DNA of 64,000 nucleotides from Armatimonadota bacterium (GTDB taxonomy: Bacteria > Armatimonadota > UBA10988). How positions within the stretch are numbered: position 1 is the first letter of the stretch; each line of letters opens with the position of its first letter. The notes beneath the pieces are model-generated. The model saw only the letters and a list, made by a program, of their open reading frames with translations, did no database searches and was not told where the DNA came from. Where the stretch lies: assembly GCA_016235455.1 (NCBI GenBank), contig JACRKZ010000031.1:67556-131555 (forward strand). The letters run 5' to 3'. Below, piece after piece: positions 27,822 through 35,917 of this stretch. The position numbers and the translations under genes are program-made.

Positions 27822-28753
27822 GACAGCTTCCGCCGACACACCGCGAACCGCCGCGTCTCGCCAAAGCCGAACCGGCGGTAGACGCGTTCGGCGGCGTCGT
27901 CGCTGGTCCACAGCACCCACGCGTTGTGCAGCCCGCGCCGACGCATGGCCCCGAGTGTCGTGGCCAGCAGCACGGTACCGAGCCCTTGACCCTGGCGGTC
28001 GGCGCGCACGCCGAACGGCCCGAAGTGCTCACCGGCGTACTGGCAGTAGCCGACCACCGCGCCGGCTTCCATCGCCACGGTGATCTGCTCGCGGCCGTCC
28101 GGCTGAGCCAGCAGTGCGCGCGCCGCGCGCAACCAGTCGGGGGGCTGGCTCTCGGTCAGGAAGGTCAGCAGCGCTGGCGCCTCATCGGGTCGCAGGGCGC
28201 GCACATCGATGCCGACGGCGGCCAACTCGGCGCGCTGAGCCACGTAGGGCGTGAAGTCGAAGGTGACCAGGTTGGCGTCCATGCTCAACGGCCGCGAGAC
28301 CACCTCGAAGCCGTGCCGCAGCAAGTAGGCCAGGCCGTCGGCGTAGGCGGCCACATCGACGCCAGGCACGATGTAGTTGGGCACATACGGCGCGATGCCC
28401 ACAGTCTGGCGGCCGGCGGCGGCGAAGAGGCCCAGCGCGGTATCGAGCAGCGCCGTGCCGATGCCCCGGCCGCGGGCTGCGGGCCGCACGCCGAAGGCGG
28501 TTATCCAGCCGTGCTCGGGCTCCAGGCCCACCCCAGGGAACGGCTCGCGCCGGATGATGGCCAGCAGAAAGCCGAGCAGGCCCGACCCGTCCTCGGCCAC
28601 GAGCAGCCAGTCGGGGTCGACATTGGGGTCGAGCAACACCTTGCGGCTCAGGGTCGGCGCGTCGATGGCATCGAGCGGCAGTGCCGCCTCCCACAGGTCG
28701 AGCAGCGCCTGCTGGTCGTCCGGCCGGTAGCCGCGGATGCGGTAGTCGTTCAT
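27818..28753 (-). CDS. Tandem double-GNAT N-acetyltransferase (MshD-like architecture)
   Basis: Two acetyl-CoA-binding motifs (RGRGIGTALLDTAL and RQGQGLGTVLLATTL) in a 311-aa protein; stop overlaps the DUF4091 start, start overlaps the PIG-L stop (ATGA). Confidence 0.7.
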   Translation of the reverse strand: MNDYRIRGYRPDDQQALLDLWEAALPLDAIDAPTLSRKVLLDPNVDPDWLLVAEDGSGLLGFLLAIIRREPFPGVGLEPEHGWITAFGVRPAARGRGIGTALLDTALGLFAAAGRQTVGIAPYVPNYIVPGVDVAAYADGLAYLLRHGFEVVSRPLSMDANLVTFDFTPYVAQRAELAAVGIDVRALRPDEAPALLTFLTESQPPDWLRAARALLAQPDGREQITVAMEAGAVVGYCQYAGEHFGPFGVRADRQGQGLGTVLLATTLGAMRRRGLHNAWVLWTSDDAAERVYRRFGFGETRRFAVCRRKLS

Positions 28754-29448
28754 AGCAACTCCACCTGCCGCCATCGCGCTGCAGGCTCGACGGCGAAGGC
28801 TGCGGCGTGGCGCACGCCAAGCTTGATGCCGTGCAGCCGCGTGCGCGCCTCATACCAGTCCCAGTAAGGGAAGCCGCCCTCGCCCCGGCCGATGGCGTAC
28901 TGGCGGAAGGCTGCCTGCCACTCGGCGTAGACGTCGGAGATGTCCACGTAGGTGTAGGGCTCGAAGCCCTCGGCGTCCTCCCAGTTCTCGGCGTAGTAGG
29001 TGCGGCACCAGCCCATGGGGGGCAGACCGTCGAGGTCGAAGTGGCGGATCGCCGCCAGGAACAGCGCTCGCCGGGTCAGGTGGTGGCAGGCAATGTGGTC
29101 GCCATGGATGCTCTCATGCCAGTGCGTGATGACCACCTGCGGCCGGAGTTGCCGCAGAGTCGCGGCCAGGACGCGCGCGGTCGGCTCGTCCGCCTCGATC
29201 TCGCCGTCACGGAATGGCAGGAAGTGCGCGGACGCGCCGAGCGCCGCCGCGGCCGCCTCGGCTTCGGTGCGCTTCTGCTCGCCATACTCGGCGGCCGACA
29301 GCGTGCGGCTGCCCTTCTCACCCAGCGACAGATGAACCAGATGGGCTTGCCAACCGGCGCGCACATGCTTGAGCAGCGTGGCGCCGGCCGTGAACTCCAT
29401 GTCGGCGGTATGCGCGCCGACCGCGACGATGGTGGGAGTCTCGTTCAC
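28750..29448 (-). CDS. PIG-L / LmbE-family N-acetylglucosaminyl deacetylase
   Basis: IVAVGAHTADMEFTAGATL and HxxH zinc-binding (THWHESIHGDH) signatures of PIG-L. Confidence 0.8.
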   Translation of the reverse strand: MNETPTIVAVGAHTADMEFTAGATLLKHVRAGWQAHLVHLSLGEKGSRTLSAAEYGEQKRTEAEAAAAALGASAHFLPFRDGEIEADEPTARVLAATLRQLRPQVVITHWHESIHGDHIACHHLTRRALFLAAIRHFDLDGLPPMGWCRTYYAENWEDAEGFEPYTYVDISDVYAEWQAAFRQYAIGRGEGGFPYWDWYEARTRLHGIKLGVRHAAAFAVEPAARWRQVELL

Positions 29449-31163
29449 TGCTTCACCACGAATAGCCGAACCTGGTCGTCGGCCGGCAGAGACAGCGTGC
29501 AGCCCGCGCGACCGTCGAAGTCGCGCAGTGTGATGGTCCGGCCCTTGGCCCCGCCGACCGCCAGCGGGTCGAACGTGGCCAGCAGGCTCACGGCGCCGAG
29601 CTTCACCCGCCGCACGATGGGCAGCGTTTTGACGAACTGCTCTGCCGCGGGCACGTCGACCTTGACCTGGCCACGCCGCAGCAGCGGCTCGAACAGCCGG
29701 ACCAGGGCCAGGCCCTCGACCACGCCTTGGACGGGGTCGGAGGTGGCGCGCAGGTGCGGCACGATCGCGTCGCGCGATGCGGTGTAGCGCGGGCGACGGG
29801 CGTCGCGCAGGGGGCCGCCGGTCTCCTTGGCCGTGTCGATGTGCTCGAAGGTGACCTGCCCGCTGTCCTGGTCATAGGCGGTGACGGCCAGCAAGTCGTA
29901 GCGCCGGAACCGTCCCCCGCCGGCCTCGAAGTCCTCGCCCACCATCGCCTCGCAGCCGTGGTCCTTCTCCCACAGCGGCGGCGGCGCATGGTGGCTGCCG
30001 ACATCGCTCCAGTTCCACAGCACCACGCCGTCGACCCCGCCGAAGAAGGCGAGGGCGAAGATGGCCCGCGCATCCTCGGTGGGGATGGGCTGGTTGGACC
30101 ACCAGCGGTGCTCGGCATCGCCGCCGTGCAGCAGTGTCCAGAAGTACGGGCGGATGGGCTTGGGCTTGGCCAGGGAACTGACCAGCGCGCGGTCGAAGTC
30201 GAGCCGGGCTAGCGTATAGGCCACGTTCTGCCGCGACCAGTAGTAGACATAGTAGTCGGGGTAGAGCACGTCCTGGGCCTCGCAAAAGGCCTTCCCATAG
30301 GTCTGCCAGGGCCAGTGCGCCGCGGGATCGGGGATAGTCGGCTGCTTCTTGTCGTAGCGGCCCAGCAGGTCGTACCAGCCCGAGCCATAGGGCTGAGGGT
30401 AGATACCGACCTGCTTCCAGCCCGCCCGGCGCAGCGCCTCGATCGGTGCGGTGTAGGTCAGCAGATAGCCGCGGTAGTACCGGGCCTCGAAAGCGGCCTG
30501 ATCGGCGGTCGGGTACCAGGCCTGCGTGCGCAACTGCTCGGGCGAGAGTGCCTGGCCGTGTTCCAGGTCGACCATGGCGATACTGCCCGGCTCGGCTGGC
30601 CAGACCTTGCCTGAGGCCAGGAGATCGGCGGTGACATCGCGTTCGGCGAGCAGGTCCCAGCGGCCCCAGGCGATGCCCTTGTCGGCCAGGTACTTGGTCC
30701 AGTCGAAAAAGTCGCCCCACTTCAGATAGGTCGTGCCGGCGGGCAGATGCTCGCGGTCCTTCATGACATACGGCGCCAGCACCGAGAAGCCGTGGGTCAG
30801 GCCGTACTCGAACAGGTTGAAGTTGTGCCAGCCGGTGTAGCTGAGTTCGGCGGTGAACTCGCGCAGGCGGAAGGGCCGCAGCCCCGGCACGACATACGGG
30901 GCCGTGCCATTGACGAAGCCATCGGCCATGTTGGCCTCGTAGGGCCTGGCCGGCCGTCCGCAGGCGGGCGGGTTGGGGTCGAGATCGACCGCGGCCAGGT
31001 CGGCGGCGGTGATGCCCTGCTCGGCGGTCAGCGCGGCGCCGTCAGCGGCCAGCGTGACCGGCGTGAAGGTGGGCACCTTGGCCTTGGCCGCGGCGACGGT
31101 GTCGTCGGCCAGGTCGGCCCAAAGCGCGGTCATGGCAAGAGCGAGCAGGCAGGCGAGACGCAT
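29445..31163 (-). CDS. Secreted hypothetical protein (572 aa), possible TIM-barrel glycoside-hydrolase-like
   Basis: Signal peptide MRLACLLALAMTALWA (start 31163); Tyr/Trp-rich middle region (YPDYYVYYWS, VDGVVLWNWSD); stop overlaps the PIG-L start. Confidence 0.55.
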   Translation of the reverse strand: MRLACLLALAMTALWADLADDTVAAAKAKVPTFTPVTLAADGAALTAEQGITAADLAAVDLDPNPPACGRPARPYEANMADGFVNGTAPYVVPGLRPFRLREFTAELSYTGWHNFNLFEYGLTHGFSVLAPYVMKDREHLPAGTTYLKWGDFFDWTKYLADKGIAWGRWDLLAERDVTADLLASGKVWPAEPGSIAMVDLEHGQALSPEQLRTQAWYPTADQAAFEARYYRGYLLTYTAPIEALRRAGWKQVGIYPQPYGSGWYDLLGRYDKKQPTIPDPAAHWPWQTYGKAFCEAQDVLYPDYYVYYWSRQNVAYTLARLDFDRALVSSLAKPKPIRPYFWTLLHGGDAEHRWWSNQPIPTEDARAIFALAFFGGVDGVVLWNWSDVGSHHAPPPLWEKDHGCEAMVGEDFEAGGGRFRRYDLLAVTAYDQDSGQVTFEHIDTAKETGGPLRDARRPRYTASRDAIVPHLRATSDPVQGVVEGLALVRLFEPLLRRGQVKVDVPAAEQFVKTLPIVRRVKLGAVSLLATFDPLAVGGAKGRTITLRDFDGRAGCTLSLPADDQVRLFVVKQ

Positions 31164-31230
31164 GGCGATACTCCGTCGCGCACGCCTTGTGGTTCGGTTT
31201 CGCGGCGACCGGTCCTCCTGGTGGACGGCG

Positions 31231-33222
31231 TCATTGCGGGCGACCCGCGCGCCGGTTGAGCCACCATTCAAGGAGTTCGCGGCTTGCCTGGTCGCCGCCA
31301 TCGTCGGCCAACAGGTCGGCCAACGCTACCACCTCTTCGGCGGCCGGTTCGTCGCCGGCAGCGACGTGCTCGATGGCCGCGAAGGCCGCCACGGCATCGG
31401 GCTTGATGCGCCTGGCAGCGTCCACGAGTGGCTGGGCGTCGAGACGGCCGAGGCGCCAGAGCGTCCGCGCCACCTGCACCGTGTAGGTTTCGGGGAGCAC
31501 GCTCCAGAGCGCCTGGATCACCTGCTCGTCCACCACTGTCTGCTCTGCCAGAACCGTGGCCGCGCGCCACCGCTCGAAGGCGCGCGCTTCGCTCAGCGCT
31601 TCCCGGAGCACGGCGAGGGCGCGTTCGTCGGCGTGGCCGGCCCGCACCAGGTGCTCGGCGGCGTGCAGGCGCCAGGTTGGGCACGACGAAGTCAACAGGC
31701 TGGCCTGCGCCAGGGCCGGCCGACCGTCGGCGCGAGCCATCATGTCGATGACGTTGGCGGCACAGGCGCGGAGTGGGCTGCTCGCGTCGTCGAGGATCTC
31801 CTGCAACAGCACCAGCACATCGCTATCGCCACGACCTAGCCGGACCAGCACGTCGCAGACCGCGAATCGCAGGTCCTCGTCATCGACCGCCAGCAACTCG
31901 CGCAACTCCCGGTCAAGGCCGTCGCTGATGGCGCCCAGGCTGCTGAGCACCGCGGTCACGGGTGGCCGGCGCAGGCGGGCGCCGCCGTCACGCAGCAGAT
32001 CGACCAGCGCGGATCCCACGCGCTCATCGCCGCGGCCCGCACGTACCAGCGCCGCCGCGGCGTGGAAGCGGACCATGGCGTCTGCGTGCCCCAACAGACC
32101 GACCAGGGCCTCGGCCGCCGAGTCGGGTACTCTGGCGAGGCGTTCGAATACCCCTCCGGCGGACCCGGCGGTATGGCCGTCGTCCACGGTCAGTGCCGCC
32201 ACCAGAGCCTGCCAGGCGCGGTCATCGGCGTGCCCCAACTGCGTCAGCGCTTCAGCCGAGTGCACGCGGACCAGCCAGTGCGCGTCCGTGAGCCTGCCCG
32301 CCAGGGCTGCCGCTACCCGGTCGTCGACAGGCCCCAGAAGCGACAGGGCGCGGACCGCGTAGAAGCGGTTCTCCATGGACTCGTCGTCGAGCAGCGCCAC
32401 CAGAGCCTGCATCAGCCGCTCGTCGATGCGCCCCAGTTTCACCAAAGCGACCGCGGCGTAGCGGCGGACATCCGCCTCCGCGTCGTCCAGCAGGCTGCCG
32501 ATCGCCGCGCCCAGAGCCTCGTCGCCGGCGATCGCCGCGCCCAGGTCGCCCAGCAGGCTGGTGCTGTAGTCGTCGGCGCCGCTGGCCAGAGCGGCGAGCA
32601 CGGCGCGCTCGCGACAACCGGCGCGGGCCAAGCCGAACGCCGCGTTGGCGGCCACCCAGGGGTCGTCGTCCGCGAGCAACACGCGGCAGATGCTGCGCGC
32701 CTGTTCGCTTGTCGCCGCCGCGCTGCCCAGCAAGCGCGCCGACCACCAGCGCGTGACCGAGTTGGGGCGCTCGGCCAGGTGGGCCAACGCGGCCACCAGC
32801 GCCGCACCGGGTCGGTGCCGTGAGAGCTTCGCGGCTGTGGCTTCGAAGCTGGCCACCAGCTCGCGAGTCAACTGCCGGTCCGTGGCCTTGGCGAGCGCGG
32901 TCAGCACTTCGTCGACCGCCGCGGCGGGCAGCGATGGGACTTGGCGCAGGCAGTCGCTGGCCAGCAGCAGGCAGGCGTGGTCGGCGGGTTCCAGCGCCCC
33001 ACAGTCGGTGAAGGCGATGTCCAGCAGCAGTGCGCCCGCGGCCTCGGGGTCGTTGTGCACGGTGGCCAAATAATCGACCACCAAGGGGATGACCTGCCGC
33101 GAGCCTGGGTCGGCGCGCAGTTGCCTGATCCGTTCGAACGCGCGGCTCGGGGGGCTGGCCAGTCGGGCGGCGGCGGCCAAGGCCATGGCGGCTGTGTCTG
33201 GCGATTCGCTCTCGGTGTCCAT
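31231..33222 (-). CDS. HEAT-repeat (PBS-lyase-like) protein, 664 aa
   Basis: More than ten repeats of the type VRxxAAxALxxLGxxD (e.g. WLVRVHSAEALTQLGHADDRA, VRFHAAAALVRAGRGDERV). Confidence 0.7.
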   Translation of the reverse strand: MDTESESPDTAAMALAAAARLASPPSRAFERIRQLRADPGSRQVIPLVVDYLATVHNDPEAAGALLLDIAFTDCGALEPADHACLLLASDCLRQVPSLPAAAVDEVLTALAKATDRQLTRELVASFEATAAKLSRHRPGAALVAALAHLAERPNSVTRWWSARLLGSAAATSEQARSICRVLLADDDPWVAANAAFGLARAGCRERAVLAALASGADDYSTSLLGDLGAAIAGDEALGAAIGSLLDDAEADVRRYAAVALVKLGRIDERLMQALVALLDDESMENRFYAVRALSLLGPVDDRVAAALAGRLTDAHWLVRVHSAEALTQLGHADDRAWQALVAALTVDDGHTAGSAGGVFERLARVPDSAAEALVGLLGHADAMVRFHAAAALVRAGRGDERVGSALVDLLRDGGARLRRPPVTAVLSSLGAISDGLDRELRELLAVDDEDLRFAVCDVLVRLGRGDSDVLVLLQEILDDASSPLRACAANVIDMMARADGRPALAQASLLTSSCPTWRLHAAEHLVRAGHADERALAVLREALSEARAFERWRAATVLAEQTVVDEQVIQALWSVLPETYTVQVARTLWRLGRLDAQPLVDAARRIKPDAVAAFAAIEHVAAGDEPAAEEVVALADLLADDGGDQASRELLEWWLNRRAGRPQ

Positions 33223-33336
33223 GGACACAGGACCTCCCCTGGGCAGCCTGCGCGCGGACGCGCTGGTCACGGGATCCAGCGTAGCCCACGCAGCCCCGGT
33301 CGGTCAAAGGAGTGGATGGGCGCTGGCGGCGGCCGC

Positions 33337-35844
33337 TCAGTCCGCGCCGAACTCCATCTCGGCCGCCTCATTGGCCGCGCGTCGCCGGTCGCTGGGCGAG
33401 GTGGGTCCGCCGGCCATCAGTTCGCGCGGCTTGCTGCCGCGCGGCGGGCCGACGACGCCCAGCGCGTGCATCTGGTCCATGATGCGCCCCGCGCGGTTGT
33501 AGCCGATGCCGAAGGTGCGCTGCAGGCGCGAGGTGCTGGCCTCACCCTCGGAGCGCACGAGTTGCACGCACTGCCAGAACAGCTCGTCGAGGTCGGTGTC
33601 GTCGATGCCGCCGTCCTCGTCCGACGCGGCGCCGTCATCGGCGGCCACGGGCTGGATGATGCTGTCGGCGTAGCGGATGGTCAGGGTCGAGGGCAGGTTG
33701 CGCAGCCAGTTGACCAGCTTGTGCACCTGCTGCTCACCAACGAATGCGCCCTGCAGCCGCTCGGGCTTGCCACCGGTCTCCTCGCTGGCAAAGAGCATGT
33801 CGCCGCGGCCGATGAGCCGTTCGGCGCCCTTGTCGTCGAGGATGACGCGGCTGTCGACCAGCTGCGGCACTCTGAAGGCGCAGCGCGTGGGGATGTTGGC
33901 CTTGATCTGACCGGTCACCACGTTCACCGCCGGCCGCTGCGTGGCCAGCACCAGATGGATGCCCACGGCCCGCGCGAGCTGGGCCAGGCGCACGATGCTC
34001 GCCTCCACCTCGGCGCGCGCGGTCATCATCAGTTCGGCGAGCTCGTCGATGATGATGACCAGATAGGGCATGTGCTCCTCTTCGGTCACCTGCTCGTTGT
34101 AGGAGATGATGTTGCGCACGCCCAGCTCGCTGAGCCGGTCGTACCGCGCGTACATCTCGCGCACGGCGCCGCGCAACAGGTCGGCCGCGTCGTCCGGGTC
34201 GGTCACCACCGGCCGGTCGAGGTGCGGGATGCCGTCGTACAGCGTCAACTCGACGCGCTTGGGGTCCACCATGAGGAACCGCAGATCGCGCGGGGAAAAG
34301 CGATAGATCAGCGAGATGATGACGCAGTTGAGGCACACGCTCTTGCCGGAGTTGGTGGTGCCGGCGACGAGCATGTGGGGCATGCGGGCCAGGTCGCCGA
34401 TCTTGATGTGTCCGGCGATGTCTTTGCCGATGACGAACGGCAGGCCGCCCTTGGCCTGGCCGAACTCGGGCGACAGCAGCGTGGCGTGCAGGTCCACGGT
34501 CTCGCGGATCTGGTTGGGCACCTCGATGCCGATGACGCCCTTGCCGGGCACGGGCGCCTCGATACGGATGCCGGCCGAGGCCAGCGCCAGGGCGATGTCG
34601 TCGGCCATGCCGGCGACCTTGCTGACGCGCACGCCGGAGCCCAGACCCATTTCGTAGCGGGTGATGGTCGGGCCGATCTCGGTGTTGACCACGCGAGCCT
34701 CGACGCCGAAGCTGGCCATGGTGCCCTCGAGCCGGCGGCTGTTGGCCTGGATCTCGGGGCTGCGGTCGGGCAGCGGCGGGCTGGGCGGCGGCTGGATGAG
34801 GCTGGCCGCGGGCACCGGAAACTCCTCGTTGGAGCTGGCGGAGCCGCGCCGGCGCTTGGGCTCGGGCATGCCCGGTAGCACCATCTGGATCCAGGACGAG
34901 TCTTCCATGGGCGGCACGGGGTCGGCCTTGATGGCATCGAACGGCGCCCACGCCAGCTTGCTCTGGTGCGGCGGCAGCTCGCCAGGGCCGGTCGCGACGA
35001 CCGGTGTCGCCGGCGGCTCGGCCAGCACTTCGGGCACTTCCGGCTCGTCGGGGGCCAGCAGTTCGGGTGGCGGCAGGATCGACTCAGGCGGCGGCACGGG
35101 CGCCTGGGCCTGCTTGCCCCGGCGCTTGGGCCGGTCGACCGGTGGCAGGAAGGACTCATCGGCCTCGGGGAAGCTGAGGTCGGCGATCTGGAGCTGGTTG
35201 CCGCGCCGCGGCGGCGCTGGCGCCATGGCGGCCCGGCGCGCGGCGGCGTTCTGGGCGGCCCGCTGCGCGGCCGCCTTGGCGGCAGAGCCGCGGCGTTGCG
35301 CGGAGCGGCCGAAGTCGCTCATCAGTTCGCGCACGGTGCGTTCGGACAGCAGCAACAGGCCGGCCAGGCCGCCCATGCCGAGCACGATGGGGCAGCCGAG
35401 TTCGCCGAACAGATGGCGCAACACCCAGACCAGTACCGCGCCGGCGACGCCGCCATAGACCGCGGGCGGATGGAGCCAGCCGAGCTGGCTGGCCGTGCTG
35501 GCGAACTCTTCGCCGGACGGCACGCGCTGGTGGAAGAACCCGCAGGCCACCAGGCCCAGCAGCGCCAGGGCCGGTGCGGCGGCGCGGTTGGGGTGGAGCT
35601 GGTCCCGCTGCCAGATGGCGCGTACGCCGAGGAAGATGAAGGCGACGGGCATGGCATCGACGAGCTGGCCCAGCAGCAGGCCGAGCGTGCCGGTCAGCCA
35701 GGTGACCAGGGGTCCTGCCTGTGTGGTGCGCAGGCCCACGGCCAGCAGCAGGCCGGCGGTGATCAGCGCGATGCCGGCCAGGTCGGCGCTGGCGCGGCGG
35801 GCGGGCGGCACCGGTCGATGGGTCGTGACTGCTCCAGTAGGTAC
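33337..35844 (-). CDS. ftsK: DNA translocase FtsK/SpoIIIE
   Basis: N-terminal TM helices, Pro-rich linker, Walker A VAGTTNSGKS, C-terminal winged-helix gamma domain; start placed at GTG about 35844 because longer starts overlap the divergent PL11 gene (start uncertain by about 100 nt). Confidence 0.8.
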   Translation of the reverse strand, partial: VPTGAVTTHRPVPPARRASADLAGIALITAGLLLAVGLRTTQAGPLVTWLTGTLGLLLGQLVDAMPVAFIFLGVRAIWQRDQLHPNRAAAPALALLGLVACGFFHQRVPSGEEFASTASQLGWLHPPAVYGGVAGAVLVWVLRHLFGELGCPIVLGMGGLAGLLLLSERTVRELMSDFGRSAQRRGSAAKAAAQRAAQNAAARRAAMAPAPPRRGNQLQIADLSFPEADESFLPPVDRPKRRGKQAQAPVPPPESILPPPELLAPDEPEVPEVLAEPPATPVVATGPGELPPHQSKLAWAPFDAIKADPVPPMEDSSWIQMVLPGMPEPKRRRGSASSNEEFPVPAASLIQPPPSPPLPDRSPEIQANSRRLEGTMASFGVEARVVNTEIGPTITRYEMGLGSGVRVSKVAGMADDIALALASAGIRIEAPVPGKGVIGIEVPNQIRETVDLHATLLSPEFGQAKGGLPFVIGKDIAGHIKIGDLARMPHMLVAGTTNSGKSVCLNCVIISLIYRFSPRDLRFLMVDPKRVELTLYDGIPHLDRPVVTDPDDAADLLRGAVREMYARYDRLSELGVRNIISYNEQVTEEEHMPYLVIIIDELAELMMTARAEVEASIVRLAQLARAVGIHLVLATQRPAVNVVTGQIKANIPTRCAFRVPQLVDSRVILDDKGAERLIGRGDMLFASEETGGKPERLQGAFVGEQQVHKLVNWLRNLPSTLTIRYADSIIQPVAADDGAASDEDGGIDDTDLDELFWQCVQLVRSEGEASTSRLQRTFGIGYNRAGRIMDQMHALGVVGPPRGSKPRELMAGGPTSPSDRRRAANEAAEMEFGAD

Positions 35845-35917
35845 GACACCCGGCCCGGGTCGATGTTGGCGCCGAGCGGCCGAGTCGGCTACACTGCAGG
35901 CTGTGGAGACAGCGACG

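Noticed and set aside
32941-34878. 645-aa plus-strand ORF inside ftsK
   Set aside because: Antisense of a canonical FtsK motor domain (Walker A/B present on the minus strand).
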